NCBI RefSeq assembly: GCF_004010195.1
Contig: NC_057715.1
Location: 90,038,710-90,102,709, forward strand
Direction: 5' to 3'
DNA: 64,000 bases
Origin: Chiloscyllium plagiosum
Taxonomy: Eukaryota
Of the stretch, positions 50,870 through 64,000 are shown in pieces (the first letter of the stretch is position 1; each line of letters starts with the position of its first letter). The notes under the pieces are model-generated. The model did no database searches, was not told where the DNA came from, and saw only the letters and a list, made by a program, of their open reading frames with translations. A program made the translations under genes and the position numbers.

Positions 50870-53690
50870 GAGTTATGCATCATGGTCTGTTCCCACTCTG
50901 GCATGAAAATCGCCCTGCTAGATAAAGTGTTCTGTCATGCTCTCAAAGAATTGACATTTCACCTTTAACATTGACATCACTGCTCTGAGCTAGATACAAG
51001 TGGCAAGAGAAGGCCAACTTAAAGAGCAAGGTGATGGTTACACCTTCTTTTGGAAAAGCAAACCTGAGAAAGAATAAGAATGTGGGTTTGGGTTTGCCTC
51101 AACAAACAAACTGGTTGGACATCTCAACAAATCTCCCTGTGGGATAAGTGACAGACTCAGGATCCTATGGCTCACATTGATCCAAAAGCAACACATCATA
51201 ATTATCAGTGTCTACAACTGGACCTTCGATGCAACAGGTGAGTCAAAAGAGGCATTTGACACTAACCTTGAACAATTACTGTCCCACATCCGCAAAGGCG
51301 ACAAGTGCATTCTCCTCACTGACTTTAATACAAGAGTCAGGAGGGATGCAAACCTTTGGAAAAGCATGTGAGGCAAGGTGGTGTAGGGAAGACAAACTCT
51401 AATGATGGAGTCCTCTTCCTGATGAAGTGCCTAAGACTTCATCATAATGGATACCTCTTCCATCAGAGGAACAAGCACAACACCTCATTACAACACCCCT
51501 GCACTGGCACCTAATAGACTACATCATGGTTCAATTGAGACACTGCACAGATGTCCACATCAACCGTTCAATGACTGGAGTTAACAACTGCTGGACCAAC
51601 CACTGATTAATCCATTCTACTACCTCCACCAACATGGTCCCAAAGCAGCAAAAGTAGAAAGAACTTTGCTGCAGGAGACTCAATGTTGCTGGTTGAAAGA
51701 CCCAGAGAGGAAAGACCTACTCAGGGTGTGCCTCACAGCCAACCAGGCAACAACCAACGTGCCAGAGCCGAAGAGTATCCACAGGACCTGGTCCATAATA
51801 ATAATCACTAATAATCACCAGAATCAGCACCTGTGCGAAGACGCTCAGCCTCTCAACCAGGAAATACCAAGACTGGATCATCGAGAATGATCAGGAGATC
51901 CAGGATCCCACAGGCCATAAAATGTAAGGTGTTTCTAAACTGGCAGCTCCACCAAAGCCTGAACAAGAAAAAGCAAGCCTACAGAGAACTGAAAGCCAAG
52001 ATGCAACAAGGAACCTGTGACCAGAAGAATAGATGGTGTGTTGAAAGACACAGGATACTCAGCAACTCACCAACAACTATGATGCACTTTGCTTCTTCAG
52101 CACAATCAAAGCCATCTATGGTCAGAGTACTGAAGGACCTACTCCACTGAAAGCCAAAAATGAGAGTTGCTCAAAGACTTAGAAGTAATCTAGAAGCTGG
52201 AGAGCACTTCAAGGAGGGTCGGTGTGGACTTGTTGGGCCGAAGGGCCTGTTTCCACACTGTAAGTAATCTAATCTAATCTATAAACCTTATTGAATGCAT
52301 TGACTATGGTTTCTAGGTCGCGTGTGTACACATGCAAGCATTATTGGTATACTGAAGTTCAATGATAGAAGTTGGGGTGGTCATGGTACTGGCCTGGAGG
52401 CAATGGAGGTTGGACAGTTTCCTCTTGTACTGTAGGTTAGCTCCACTCTGCCTGGGAGTTACCTGGACATAGGGTGGAATTTTGGAGCAAAGAAGATGGT
52501 TAGTGCAATGATGCATGCTGTTTGACATCAATTTGCATTCATACTGTACTGGTTCTGTGGTAGATCCAGAGGTGAGGATCATGGCTTGCATGCTATCATG
52601 AAGCAGGTGGAGAATGGTGATGGATTTTTATAGGCGGCTGAATTTGAGGAGACACTCACCGACCCTCTGAAGAACAACCCACCCAGACCCATTCCCCAAC
52701 ATTTACCCCTTCACCTAACACTACGGGCAATTTAGCATGGCCAATTCACCTAATCTGCACATTTCTGGACTGTGGGAGGAAACCGGAGCACCTGGAGGAA
52801 ACCCACACAGACATGGGGAGAATGTGCAAATTCCACACAGTTAGTCCCCTGAGGAGGGAATTGAACCTGGGTTTCTGGCACTGTGAGGCAGCAGTGCTAA
52901 CCACTGTGCCACCCTTAGGATGGCTAAGAAGGTATTTATGAGAGAATTGATGATGAAATCCAACACTGATTCCAGTGCAGCACTGTAGACTTTGGAAACC
53001 TGAGGAACATTGTGTTCAAAATTCAAGAGTTGAAACACAGCACCAAGCTCATGGCCTACAGAGCAATCATAGTCCCCAACCCACTGTATGCATCAGAAGC
53101 ATGGACCTTATGCACCAGAAACCTCAATCGCTGGAGAGTTATCATAAGTGCTGCCTTCACAAAATCCTGCAAAGCCATTGGCAGGATAGGTGTACCAATA
53201 TGAGCATCATTTCCTGGGACAATATCCCTAGTATTGAATCACTGGTCACACACCACCAGTTGTGATGGTTGGACACATTGTTGGCATGCTAAAATAAGTC
53301 TCCCTAAACAAATGCTCTATTCCAAACTAAACAATATTAAGTAATCACTAGGATGGCAGAGGAAATGCTACAAGGACATTCTGAATGCCTCCCTAAATAA
53401 GATCCCCACCAACATGTGGGAATCACTTGCCCTAGGAAGCACAAACTGGAGAAGATGCATCTGTGAAGACACTAACCACTTTAAACTTCACCGAGTGGAA
53501 GACATGGAGGCCAAGTACAAACAGCAGAAAGAATGCACACACTCAGCTGGTTTCCACCCACTGACCTCATCAAACACCACCTCCCCAACCTGTGGCAGAG
53601 TCTGAGGCTCCAGGATAGGTTGATTCAACTACCATAGAAGCTACCCCAGCAGAATTGAAGCAAGTCAGCTTTGACCCAGAGGGAAAGACA
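50870..53690 (+). mobile_element. Decayed RTE-clade LINE with internal inversion and SINE insertion
   Basis: APE GYTFFW, DFNTRV; RT GVKQG-like and ELQY.DDA-like motifs (inverted segment); LYASEAWT; terminal CPTCGR-like motif. Confidence 0.7.
52657..52913 (-). mobile_element. HE1-like SINE body (tail displaced to 52214-52280 on +)
   Basis: Family core; tail found inverted upstream. Confidence 0.85.
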
Positions 53691-54182
53691 AAGGAGGAAC
53701 AGGAGGGAGTGGTGTAAAATTCACTATTCATTCAATATTAGAATGATTTTTCTCAGGATCTTTTTTTTAATTCACTCATGGGACTTGGGCATTGCTGGTT
53801 CGGCAGCATTCATAGTCCGTCCCTAGTTGTTCTTGAGATGGTGGTGAGCTTCCTTCTTGAACAAGTTCATATGTGGTAGGTTAACAAGCACTTTTCTAAG
53901 GAAGGTAATTCTAGGATTTTGACCCAGAGACAGTGAAAGAATGGCAATACAAGTCGATGGTGAGTGGCTTTGAAGGGAACTTACAGGCGGACACGTGCAT
54001 CTACCTGTTGCACGTGTCCTTTGAGGTGGAAGTCATCGTGGTTTAGAAGGTGTTGTCTAAGGATCTTCAGTGGATTTTTGCAGTGCATCTTGTAGACAAT
54101 ACATATTGCTGCTGTTGAACATCAGTGGTGAAGGGTGAAGACACTTACGGTGGTGCCAATCAAGTGGGCTGCTTTGTCATAA

Positions 54183-55410
54183 AGTCATAGAGATGTACAG
54201 CATGGAAATAGACTCTTTGGGCCAACTTGTCCATGCCGACCCGATATTCCATATTAATCTAGTCCCATTTGGTAGCATTTGGCCCATCCCCCTCTAAATC
54301 CATCCTATTCATATACCAACCAAATGCATTTTCAATGTTGTAATTGTATCAGCCTCTACAACCTCCTCTGGCAGCTTATTCCATACATGCACCACTCTCT
54401 ATATGAAACAGTTGCACCTCAGGTCCCTTTTAATTTTTTCCCCTCTCAACCTATATCCTGTAGTTTTAGGCTCCCCTACCCAGGGGACAAACCTTGAATA
54501 CTCACCCTATCCATGCCCCTCATGATTTTATAAAATTCTATAAGGTCATCCCTCAGCCTTCAATACTCCAGGGAAAATAGCCCCTATTCAGCCTCTCCCT
54601 ATAGCTCAAAACCTCCAACCCTGGCAACATCCTTGTAACATCCTTGTAAATCTTTTCTGAACCCTTTCATGTTTAACAACATATTTCCTATAGCAGGGAC
54701 ATCAGAAATGAATGCTGTATTCCAAAAGTGGCCTAACCAATTTCCTGTTCAGCCACAACATGACCTTCTTACGCTCAATACGCTGACCAATAAAGGCAAG
54801 AATACCAAATTCCTCCTACACCACCCTGTCTACCTACAACTCCACTTTCAAGGAGCTATGATCCTGCACCCAGAGGTCTTTTCATTAGGCAACACACCCT
54901 AGGGCCTCACCATTAAAAGTTATGCCTTGATTTGATTTACCAAAATGAAGTATCTCATATTTATCTAAATTAAACTCTATCTGCCACTCCTTGGCCCATT
55001 TGCCCATCTGATTAAGGTCCCATTGACTCTGTGGTAACCTTCCTTGCTGTCCACTATACCACCAATATTGGTGTCATCAGCAAACTTATTAACCATTCCT
55101 CCTATGTTCACATCCAAATCATTTATATAAATGATAAAAAGCAATGGACTCAGCACCAATCCTTGCAGCACACCGCTGGTCACAGGTCTCCAGTCTGAAA
55201 TGCAACTCTCCACCATCACCCTCTATCTCCTACTTTAGATCAAATTTTGTATCCAAATGGCTAGATCTCCCTGTATTCCACACGATCTAACTTTGCTAAC
55301 CAATCTACCATGTAAAACCTTGTCAAGAACCAAGTCCATATAGACGATGTCCACTGCTCTGCCTTCATCAACTTTAATCACTTCTTCAAAAAAAAACTCA
55401 ATCAGGTTAG
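54183..55410 (-). mobile_element. CR1 LINE fragment
   Basis: [25 protein letters not shown]...KFADDT. Confidence 0.9.
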
Positions 55411-56960
55411 TCAGCCCTGGATGGTGACAAGTTTCTTGAGTGTTGTTGGAACTGCACCCATTGACTCAAGTGGGTAGTATTCAATTATGTTCCTGACTTT
55501 TAGATGGTGGACATGCTTTGGAGAGTTAGGAAAACGTGAGGACTGCAAATGCTGGAGATTAGAGTCAAGATTAGAGTGGTGCTGGAAATGCACAGCAGAT
55601 CAGGCAGCATCCAAGCAGGAGGAAAATAGATGTTTCAGGCAGGAGTCCTTCATCAAGAATGAGAATCAGGAATTTTCCTGCTCCTCAGATGCTGCCTGAC
55701 CTGCTGTGCATTCCCAGCACCACTCTAATCTTCGAGGAGTTAGGAGGTGAGTGCCTCACTGCAGTATTACTAGCCCCTGACTTGCTCTTGTGGCTACTGT
55801 GTTTACGTAGTGCGTCTAGTTGGGTTTCTGATCAATGGTAACACCAAGAATGTTGATAGTGGGAATTCAGTGATGGTAAGTGCCATTGAATGTCATGGGG
55901 TAGTATTACATTGTCTCTTACTGAAGATGGTCATAGCCTGGCATTTATGATGTTTGCCACTTGTCAGCCCAAGCCTGGATATTTTCTACATCTTATTGCA
56001 TTTGAACATGAAATACTTCAGTATCTGAGGAGTCATAAGTGGTGCTGAACATTGTTTGCCATTGATTGCACATCACTACTTTTTGATAGAGGAAAGGTTA
56101 TTGGTGAAGCAGAAGACGGTTGAGCCTAAGACACGACTTGAAGAATTCCAACAGAAATTTCCTGGAGCTGAGATGACTGACCTCCAACTACAACTGTCTT
56201 CCTATATGGCAGATATGACTCCAACCAGCTTGCCCCCATTACTATTGATTCCAGTTTTGCTCGGGCTCTTAGTGGCACACTTGGTCGAATGCAGCTGGGA
56301 CGTCAAAGGCATATTACTCTCACCCCACCTCTGGAATTCAGCTGTTTTGTCCATGTTTGAATTAAGGCTATAATGAGGTCAGGAGCTGAGTGACCCTGAC
56401 AGAACCCAAACCAGGCATCATTGAGCAGGTCATTGCTAAGCAGGTGTTGCTTGATAGCACTATTGATAACACCTTCCACCACTTTACTAATGCTTGAGAA
56501 TAGACTGATGGTGCCGTAATTTGCCAGGTTGGATTTGTCCTGCATTTTGTATGATGGATACACCTGGACAATTTTCCACGTTGTTTGGTAGATGCTAGTG
56601 CTCTAGCTGTACTGGAATAGCTTAGTTAGGAGAACGCAAGTTGCTGGAATGTTGTTAATGCCGATGGCCTTTGCAGTATCCAATGCCTCTGACTTTTTAA
56701 AAAAAGTATGATGCAGAATTAATAGAGTTGGCTGAAGATTGGTATCTGTAATGCTAGCAACCATTCGAGGAGGCAAGACAGATCATCCACTCAAATTGTC
56801 CAACTGAAAATTGCTGGGAATGCTTCAGCTTCATCTTTTGCACTGATTTGTTGGGTTCTTCCATCATTAGGCACAGGGATATTTGTGTAGCCTCCTCTAG
56901 TGACTTGTTTAATAGTTCACAAATGTTCATGACTGGATGTGGCAGGACTGCAGAGTTCAG
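55411..56960 (-). mobile_element. L2/CR1-clade LINE RT fragment (also ~53770-54180)
   Basis: NYGTISLFSSISKVVEGVI...FGFCQGHSAPDLI. Confidence 0.7.
55532..55736. mobile_element. Penelope-derived hairpin element (degenerate) with 9-bp TSD
   Basis: Inverted arms; GAGTTAGGA at 55523-55531 and 55737-55745. Confidence 0.7.
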
Positions 56961-58654
56961 ATTTGGAAATTATTCAACAACAAAAAAATGCCCCTTGCAG
57001 CATTCCAAATATAATATAGTTTACTTACAATCTGTCTTCTCATTGCATATGCACTGCTCCCTTGATGCTCTGCACTTTGTCCCCACCAAAATCCTCTCCC
57101 CAATCCCCACACACTCATCAGCTTCTCACCCTCTTCCCCCACATTCATTCACATTTTCTTCTGTCACTTTGTCATCCCTACTAACTAACTGAGCAGCCCC
57201 TCTTCGTGAATCACTCCTCCATCACTGTTGGGTCTGCCCAACTCCTCTCCTGCTCCACTCCAGTCACTGACACACCAATAAGCCCCCCTCACTGACTCAC
57301 ATCTTAGTAATGTTGGACCCAACTGGGGGCTCAGGCTTCTCCCCATCCAAGGCTTGCCAGACCCCTACTGCCATCCTAATACTTGAGGTACTCCTTCCAG
57401 TACCAGGTTCAAATTCCAAAAATACAAGGGCAGCAACAAGAAGAAACTAGCCAGGAATGTCCCAGTCACTGTCCTGAGAAGCAGTGTTCTGGAGAACTAA
57501 CCAACAAGACACAGGACAAAATATAAAGTTACAAGAGAAGCCTATAATGGACAAAGTGGTTAGTGACCCTTATTCTAACTCCAACATCGTACAAACATTG
57601 CCAAGTCAATAATGTGTGTTCTGGTTTAATCACGATGACTGGATGGATGAAAGCCATATACACAAAGATATTCTGCATGGTGAACTGGCTACTGGATCAT
57701 GGCTTCTTGGGTATCCATTCCTCCATTACAAGTTCACCTGCAAGCAAGACATGAAGATGGCTGACATTATTGTCATTAACTTTCAGTTATCAGTCGCTGA
57801 TGGCTGTGATCTGGAGGCTGACTGTTTGGTCTGGCGTTGGAAGAGAGGGGCACATAGGAGAAGTTCAGAAATAAAAACCAGAAGCCATCCACTTTCTGAA
57901 CTCAATATTTCCCTGCAGCAAGTGCAGATTGCCATGCTGAAGGTGCTGAGCTACGTCAGGCACTGGTTCACACAGTGCAGATCCTGAGAACCTACAATTA
58001 AAGATCATTGTCACAGAGTCACGCAGCCCAGGAACAGACACTTCGGTCCAACCAGTCCATGCCAAATATACAGATAGTTCTCCTATAATGTAATAGTTGC
58101 GTTACCATACAAAGCCATGTAACAGAATATAAATAATGGGGCCTATGGGAAAAACAAGGTTGGGGCAGGCCACCAAAAAAATTAGTAAATATTGAAACAA
58201 AATAAGTAATTTAATGCAAATGATAGCACAGTCTAAGTAAATCTTTAAATCATATATTTTAATGAAATAATACAGTAGATTTAACACTAAAATCACTGAC
58301 TACAGCACTGTACCTTTCACAAAGCTCTTCACCAGAAAGCATGCAAGCTGACTGACCACATCAGATGCTTATCTGGAAGTCCAGTCCTCAAGATTCGCCC
58401 CCCAGATTGAAGTAAAGTTTCTTCTAAACGTAGACTACAATTCCCAGTTTCACGCTAAGTTTCAAGGCTTGCAACACCGATTGCATTCCTGTTTTAGCTG
58501 ATCACACTGAATTTGTATTTCACAAACAAAGGATCCTTAGGTTGGGTTTCGCTGTTCAGCTAGTGTCGGGGGTAGAATTGTATAACAGCGAACAGGAACT
58601 TGCTTTATAAATGGAAGTCCACAAATCACAAATTAGGAGAATTCCCTGTAATCC

Positions 58655-58950
58655 CAAACTAAACTAGTCCCATTCGCCTGCTCCTGGCTCATATCCTTCA
58701 AAACCTTTCCTATTCATGTACTTATCCAAAAATCTTTTAAACGTTATAACTGTACCCACATCCACCACTTCCCTGGGAAGTTCATTGCACACGCAAACCA
58801 CCCTCTGTGTAAAAAAAAATTGTCCCCATGTCATTTTTAAATCTTTCACCTCACCTTAAAAATGTACCCCCTTGTTTTGGCATCCCGCATCCAAGGAAAA
58901 AGACAACTGTCATTGACCCTAACTATACCCCTCATTATTTCATAAACTTC
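58655..58950 (-). mobile_element. CR1 3' fragment abutting the RFXAP promoter
   Basis: FFTQRVVCVCNELPREVV. Confidence 0.85.
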
Positions 58951-59029
58951 TATAAGTGATGAACAGTAAAGCCTCGCAGAAATCCTTCCAACAACTGACC
59001 ATCCCACGATAATGAAACCAAATAGCATT

Positions 59030-59247
59030 TCTCCATTACCAAGATGGCCGCCACCCACGGTCGGGCGAATACCACGTGATCCCAATAACACCGTAGCTGA
59101 TTGGTGGGTACAGGAGGGGGGCGGGGAGTAACTCTGACATTGCACGGTGGTGTGCGCGACGAGACGTCTGGGCATGCGCAGTAATGTGCAGAGGCTGGGC
59201 CTCCGTGGGGGTTGTTTACAGTCGGAGGTCGCGGCGTGTGATTCGGG
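59030..59247 (+). promoter_or_regulatory. RFXAP CpG-island housekeeping-type promoter
   Basis: YY1 AAGATGGCCGCC 59041; E-box CACGTG 59073; ATTGG 59100; GC box GGGGCGGGG ~59118; NRF1 GCATGCGCA 59172. Confidence 0.8.
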
Positions 59248-59796
59248 ATGAGTGAGGGGCAAAGCGAGCGCGATCGGAGCAGCCAGGGTGCTGTTGCTAC
59301 CAGCACCACCACGCCGACGACGGGCGTGTCCCCTCACAGCGCCAGCCCCCAGGAGGTGACCACGGTGGTTATCGCCGCGGCTCTCTTCGAAAGTAGTCAG
59401 GCAAGAGGAGCAGAGGAAGCCGTGCGGGCTCCTGATACTACAGAGAACTCCAGGCAGGCTAACGGGGAGGAGGAGGAGGATGAGGAAGAAGGAGAAGAAG
59501 AGGACGATGATGATGATGAGGAGGAGGAAGAAGAAGAGGAATTGGAGGAGTTAGAAGATGAAGAGGAAGATGAGGAAGATGATGATGATGAGGAGGAGGA
59601 TGAAGAGGAGGAAGAAAGCGGCCACAGCGAGACGGTGATCAGGAAATGTGTGTACCAGGATTGTACTGAAACCACCAACCTGGTGGCTAAACCTAGGAAG
59701 CCTTGGATGTGCAAAAAGCACCGCAACAAAACTTACAAGGACAAATACAAGAAGAAGAAGAGCGTTCAGGCTATGGTCAGCAGGAACAAAACTTAT
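59248..59796 (+). CDS. RFXAP: RFXAP coding exon 1 (acidic tract, basic KPWMCKKHRNK..KDKYKKKK region); 3' boundary uncertain (59775 or 59796)
   Basis: CVYQDCTETTNLVAKPRKPWMCKKHRNKTYKDKYKKKKSVQAM matches RFXAP; ATG in GGGATGA context inside a CpG island. Confidence 0.92.
59467..59617 (+). repeat. GAG/GAA/GAT low-complexity tract encoding ~50 Glu/Asp residues in RFXAP
   Basis: Directly visible cryptic trinucleotide repeat. Confidence 0.9.
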
Positions 59797-59909
59797 ATGA
59801 GCATAAACTACATATGCTGTGCAAACAGTTATTTTTGGGTTTTATTTCCACTCTGATTCTTTCTTGAAAGGTTACTGGGTTTCTTGCTGAAGTGCAGACC
59901 TTTGACCAT

Positions 59910-61425
59910 TAGTAGAGGCAGAAGTGGACTAGTGGAGTTCCACAGGGGTCAGTGGTGAGGCCACAACTATTCATGCTATTCATTAATGATTTGGATGAAA
60001 GATCTCTGGGCATTGTTGCTAAATTTGCAAATGAACACCAAGATAGGTGGAGGCACAAGTAGCATGAGGAAGGTGGGAATCTGCAGATGGACTTGGACAA
60101 GCTAAGAGAATGGGCAAAGAAGTGGCAAATGGAATACCGTGTGGGAAAGTATGAGGTTATGAATTTTGGTAGGAAGAACAGAGGCATAGACTGTTTTCTA
60201 AACGGCAAAAGGCTTTGGAAATCTGAGGACAAAGGGGCTTAAGGTTACTGTGCAGGTTCAGTTGGCAGTTCAGAAGGCAAAGGCAGTTGTAGCATTCATT
60301 TCAAGAGGTTTAAAGTACAAGAGCAGAGATATACTGTCTCTGGTCAGACTGCATTTGGACTATTGTGAGCAGTTTCTGAATACTACTTGTCCCTCCAATC
60401 ATCTGCAAACTTAGCAACAATCCCCTTAGTTCCTTAGCCCAGATTATTAATGTGTAACATGAATAGTTGTGGTCCGTACATGGACCCCTGTGGAACTCCA
60501 CAAGTCAGCAGTTGCCATCCTGAAACAAACTCCCTTATCTTGACTCTTTGCCTTCTACCAGTTACCTGGTCCTCTGTCAATGCCATTACAGTGCCCCAAC
60601 ACCATGGGCCCTGAACTTATTTAGCAGCCTTCTGTGTGACACCTTGTCAAAAGTCTTCTGGAAACCCATACAGATCATGAAATGTGAGGTGCCGTGTTTA
60701 GGTAAGGCAAATCAGGGCATCACTCATACACATAACGGAACAAAGATACCTTGGGGAGCAGGTTCATAGTTCCTTGAAAGTGGAGTCACAGGTAGACAGA
60801 GTGGTGAAGAAGGCATTTGGTATGCTTGTCTTTATTGGTCAGTGCATTGAGGAGAGGAGATAGGAAGTCATGTTGCGGCTGTACAGGAGCAACCTTTGGA
60901 TTACTGCATTCAATTCTGGTCTCTCTGCTATAGGAAAGATATTGTAAAACCTGAATGAGTTCAGAAAAGATTTATAAGAATGTTGCCACGATTGGAGGGA
61001 TTGAGCTATACAGAAAGGCTGAATAGTCTTGGGCTACTTTCCGAGAGCATTGGAGGCTGAATGGTGACCTCCGAGAAGTTTAGAAGACCATAGATAGGAT
61101 GAATAGCCACGGTCTTTTCCCCAGGATAGGGGAGTCTAAAACTAGAGGGCATAGTTCAAGGTTAAAGATTTAAAAGGGACCTAAGGGGCAACTTTTTCAT
61201 GCAGAGGATGATGCATGTATGGACTGAGCTGCCAAAGAAAGTTGTGAAGCTGGTACAATTACAACAGTTAAAAGGCGTCTGGATGGGTATGCGAATAGGA
61301 AGGGTTTAGAGGGATATACGCCAAATGCTGGTAAATTGGACTAGATTAATTTAGGATATCTGGCTGGCATGGACAAGTTGGACTGGAGGGTCTGTTTCTG
61401 TGCTGTACATCTCTATGGCTCTATA
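59910..61425. mobile_element. Cluster of CR1 fragments in RFXAP intron 1 (+ 59910-60370, - 60385-60670, + 60675-61425)
   Basis: [12 protein letters not shown] motifs in both orientations; CR1 tail at 61400. Confidence 0.8.
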
Positions 61426-63480
61426 ACTCGACTAAATAATATTTCCATTTCTTTCATCTTCCCGCAACTTTGTTTCTATCTTTCCTACTATTTGGCCATT
61501 AGAATACACTCAGTAATATATAGTACCTCTATTGTTTCTTCTAATTATGATAACAGAAACTTTAGTGGCTCCTGCCCTAAAATTAGCAAATTTGTTGAAT
61601 TCATGTTCTTGCGATAGTGAGAGTTGAACTTGTGATCACTAAACTGTGGTACATTTAAAGTAATTTATTGGCTGGGCTGTAAAGTGCCTTCAGACTGCTA
61701 ATGAAATGTAATATATATGAAACTGTATAAATGTACATGTTTTTCTTTATACTCTTTGCTTGTTATCTGCATGTACTGGAGTAAGAAATTAAGTTAAATA
61801 TCCCCATCCTTTACCCCTTCCAGCTCAGGGTTGTTGAGTCAGCTGTTGTGTATTGCCCAATATTCCAGACAGACCAGGAGTTACACTTGGCCAGTGGTTT
61901 TGTTAATTGTGATGAGTTCTCAATCTCAATAACTTTGAAACAAAAATGCATAAGCATGCTGTAACTTCAAATAGTCTTGAATAATAAGCTTTAATTTCTT
62001 TATTTCCTGTCTTAATTTATAGTTTATAATTTTTATTTGAAAGATTTTTTTTATTCATTGATGGAATGTGAGCATCACTGGCTGACCAGTATTTATTGCC
62101 CATTCCTGCTTCCCCTTGAGAAGGTGGTGGTGGTGATCTGCCTTCTTGAACTGCTGCAGTCCACCTGTCTAGTCCACCAAAAAGGTCCACTTTGCCTTTT
62201 ACTGTACAAAAAAAAAGGTGTTTGCTGCTTTTCTGAATGCTGTATTCTAATCCAACAACTTTCACAATCATCACATCTTGTACCAGCCCACAAATAACTA
62301 GATTTATTGAATTTCCAGCTCTTCATGCCATTAATAACTGTGAAATAAACATTGAACAGTTTTTCTTTTAAGTCAGTTCTGCACCAGATTCAGTAGTCAA
62401 AATGAGGCCACAGATGTTTGTTGTTATTTATGTTGAAATAATATACACCTTCAGATAAGGAAAAAGGGCATTGTTAAATACAAATAGCTAAATGTTATTG
62501 TTTGAGGTGCATCACTCAGCTGTTTGCTTTGTTTAAATGTTTTTTGTGGTTTTCCATACTACTAGTATACATTGAACATCATGCATTTGCCTTTTTAGCT
62601 GAGACAATAAACCAAGGTATTGTCTGCCATCTGAGGTAAATGTTAAAAAAAAAGGCCATGCACCCATTTCAGATAAGAGCCAAAGCATTTCCCTGTGTCC
62701 TGACCCTCACCAACATCATTTTAAAGAAGAATCTGGTCATTATTATAATGCTGTTTGAGGCTTTTATGGAAACTAGATGTCCATATACTACATAATTATC
62801 TGTAAAGTATTTTGGGATATGCCGAAAAGGTGAAAGGTTCTACATAAATCCACATTTGTACATTATTTATATGTCAGATATTCACCACAGATACCTCAGT
62901 CCAGTGATTATTAGTGTAAGCAAACCTTTAAAAGCATTAGGTGTTATTAATTGCCATTTCATTGTCTCTGGCACTAAAAATTCAAACGTGGAGCCTCATT
63001 CCTTCAAGTTTAATTGTTGATGTTTTAAACATCCTTCCTCTCTTTATTTTTCTTTCTGCACCAGATTTGACATTGATTTCACTGATTCTAACTTACAGTA
63101 CCTTCTTGGTCTTTATGCTGTTAATTTCATAATTCTTCAAATTGATTAAAGGGGTTTACAGTGCTTGTTTTATTCATTCACATCCCACATGCCCTCTCCT
63201 GGACAGTGTCACATTATTGAAATCCTGCACTTCCAGCAACTTGTAGTGCAAAATATCACTGCTTTGAAGCCAATTCATTTTTGATATGTTGAAGACTTGC
63301 GTTTTTAAGGATTGTGGAAAAAGAGGTCATGTCGGGTTTTGAAGAGATAAACAGATTGATTCCCTTGAAAGAGATCAGTGAAAGGTCATTATGACCTGGA
63401 ACAATGACTAAATGGGATGTTTAATGGCAGGTGATATTTTTTAATGTGTAAAGCACTTACGTATTCTCGTTTCTGAACAG

Positions 63481-63597
63481 GATGATACAGATGAAAGACC
63501 TACATCTGCCACCAAACAACGTTTGAGATGTATGATAGTGCATCAAACGAGTCGTAAAGCAAGCCTCCTTGAGCAAGTTTTAAGTCAAAAGAGATTG
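63481..63597 (+). CDS. RFXAP: RFXAP coding exon 2 (exon 3 not seen in window)
   Basis: DDTDERPTSATKQRLRCMIVHQTSRKASLLEQVLSQKRL; acceptor TTTCTGAACAG, donor TTG|GTGAGA; phase 0-0. Confidence 0.9.
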
Positions 63598-64000
63598 GTG
63601 AGACAGGAATTATTTGATTCTTTTATTTTGAGGAAAATATATGTTGTATTTTTTAAGTGATAAATCCTTGTCATACCACTCTGTTCAAATATGATTCAGT
63701 TTTTTTTCCATTTATGGAAGATACTGTTCAGTACATTCTGTATATGCCACAGTTGCTGATCTATTGCGGTTGGGTGAACCCAGTCTGTAAAGTCCAATCA
63801 GTAATAAATGCTTGAAATTGTGAGTTTTACCACCACAAATTTAAAGACGAACTGATGTGAACTCCGTGGAAAATTGAATATGCTCCCGTTGAGCAGGATA
63901 GTTGAATTTTTACAAGGACTCTCCTATTTGTCTGCTGAAACTTTAGCAGTACAGCCTCAGAACCAGAATCACATACCACACCCTCCGGCAAAAGACAAAG

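Noticed and set aside
59397-59729. Poly-Ser ORF on the minus strand
   Set aside because: Antisense shadow of the RFXAP acidic tract
59795-59805. U12 AT-AC intron in RFXAP
   Set aside because: The donor does not match ATATCCTT and the acceptor at 63480 is AG

Overview
Vertebrate (elasmobranch, probably a shark; inferred from abundant HE1-type SINEs and CR1/HER1-type LINEs) genomic DNA carrying the conserved CCNA1-SERTM1-RFXAP block. It contains a complete 8-coding-exon cyclin A1 gene (+, 16085-24262, 430 aa), a SERTM1 orthologue on the minus strand that looks disabled (in-frame TAA plus an Asp-bearing insertion in the TM helix), and the first two coding exons of RFXAP (+, from 59248). The rest is mostly transposon-derived: many CR1 LINE fragments, HE1-like SINEs, a full-length but mutated L1 with a target-site duplication (28881-35274, containing a 649-N gap), a Gmr1-like Gypsy remnant, RTE, Rex1, L2, Harbinger and MITE fossils, and Penelope-like pieces with hammerhead-ribozyme cores. 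Most notable: a CCAAT-CDE-CHR module in the CCNA1 promoter that matches the mammalian CCNA2 promoter (as recalled) with identical spacing; hairpin-shaped Penelope-derived elements with minimal hammerheads; the SERTM1 lesions; and a possibly mutated RFXAP exon-1 splice donor. All coordinates were read by eye; no database search was run.
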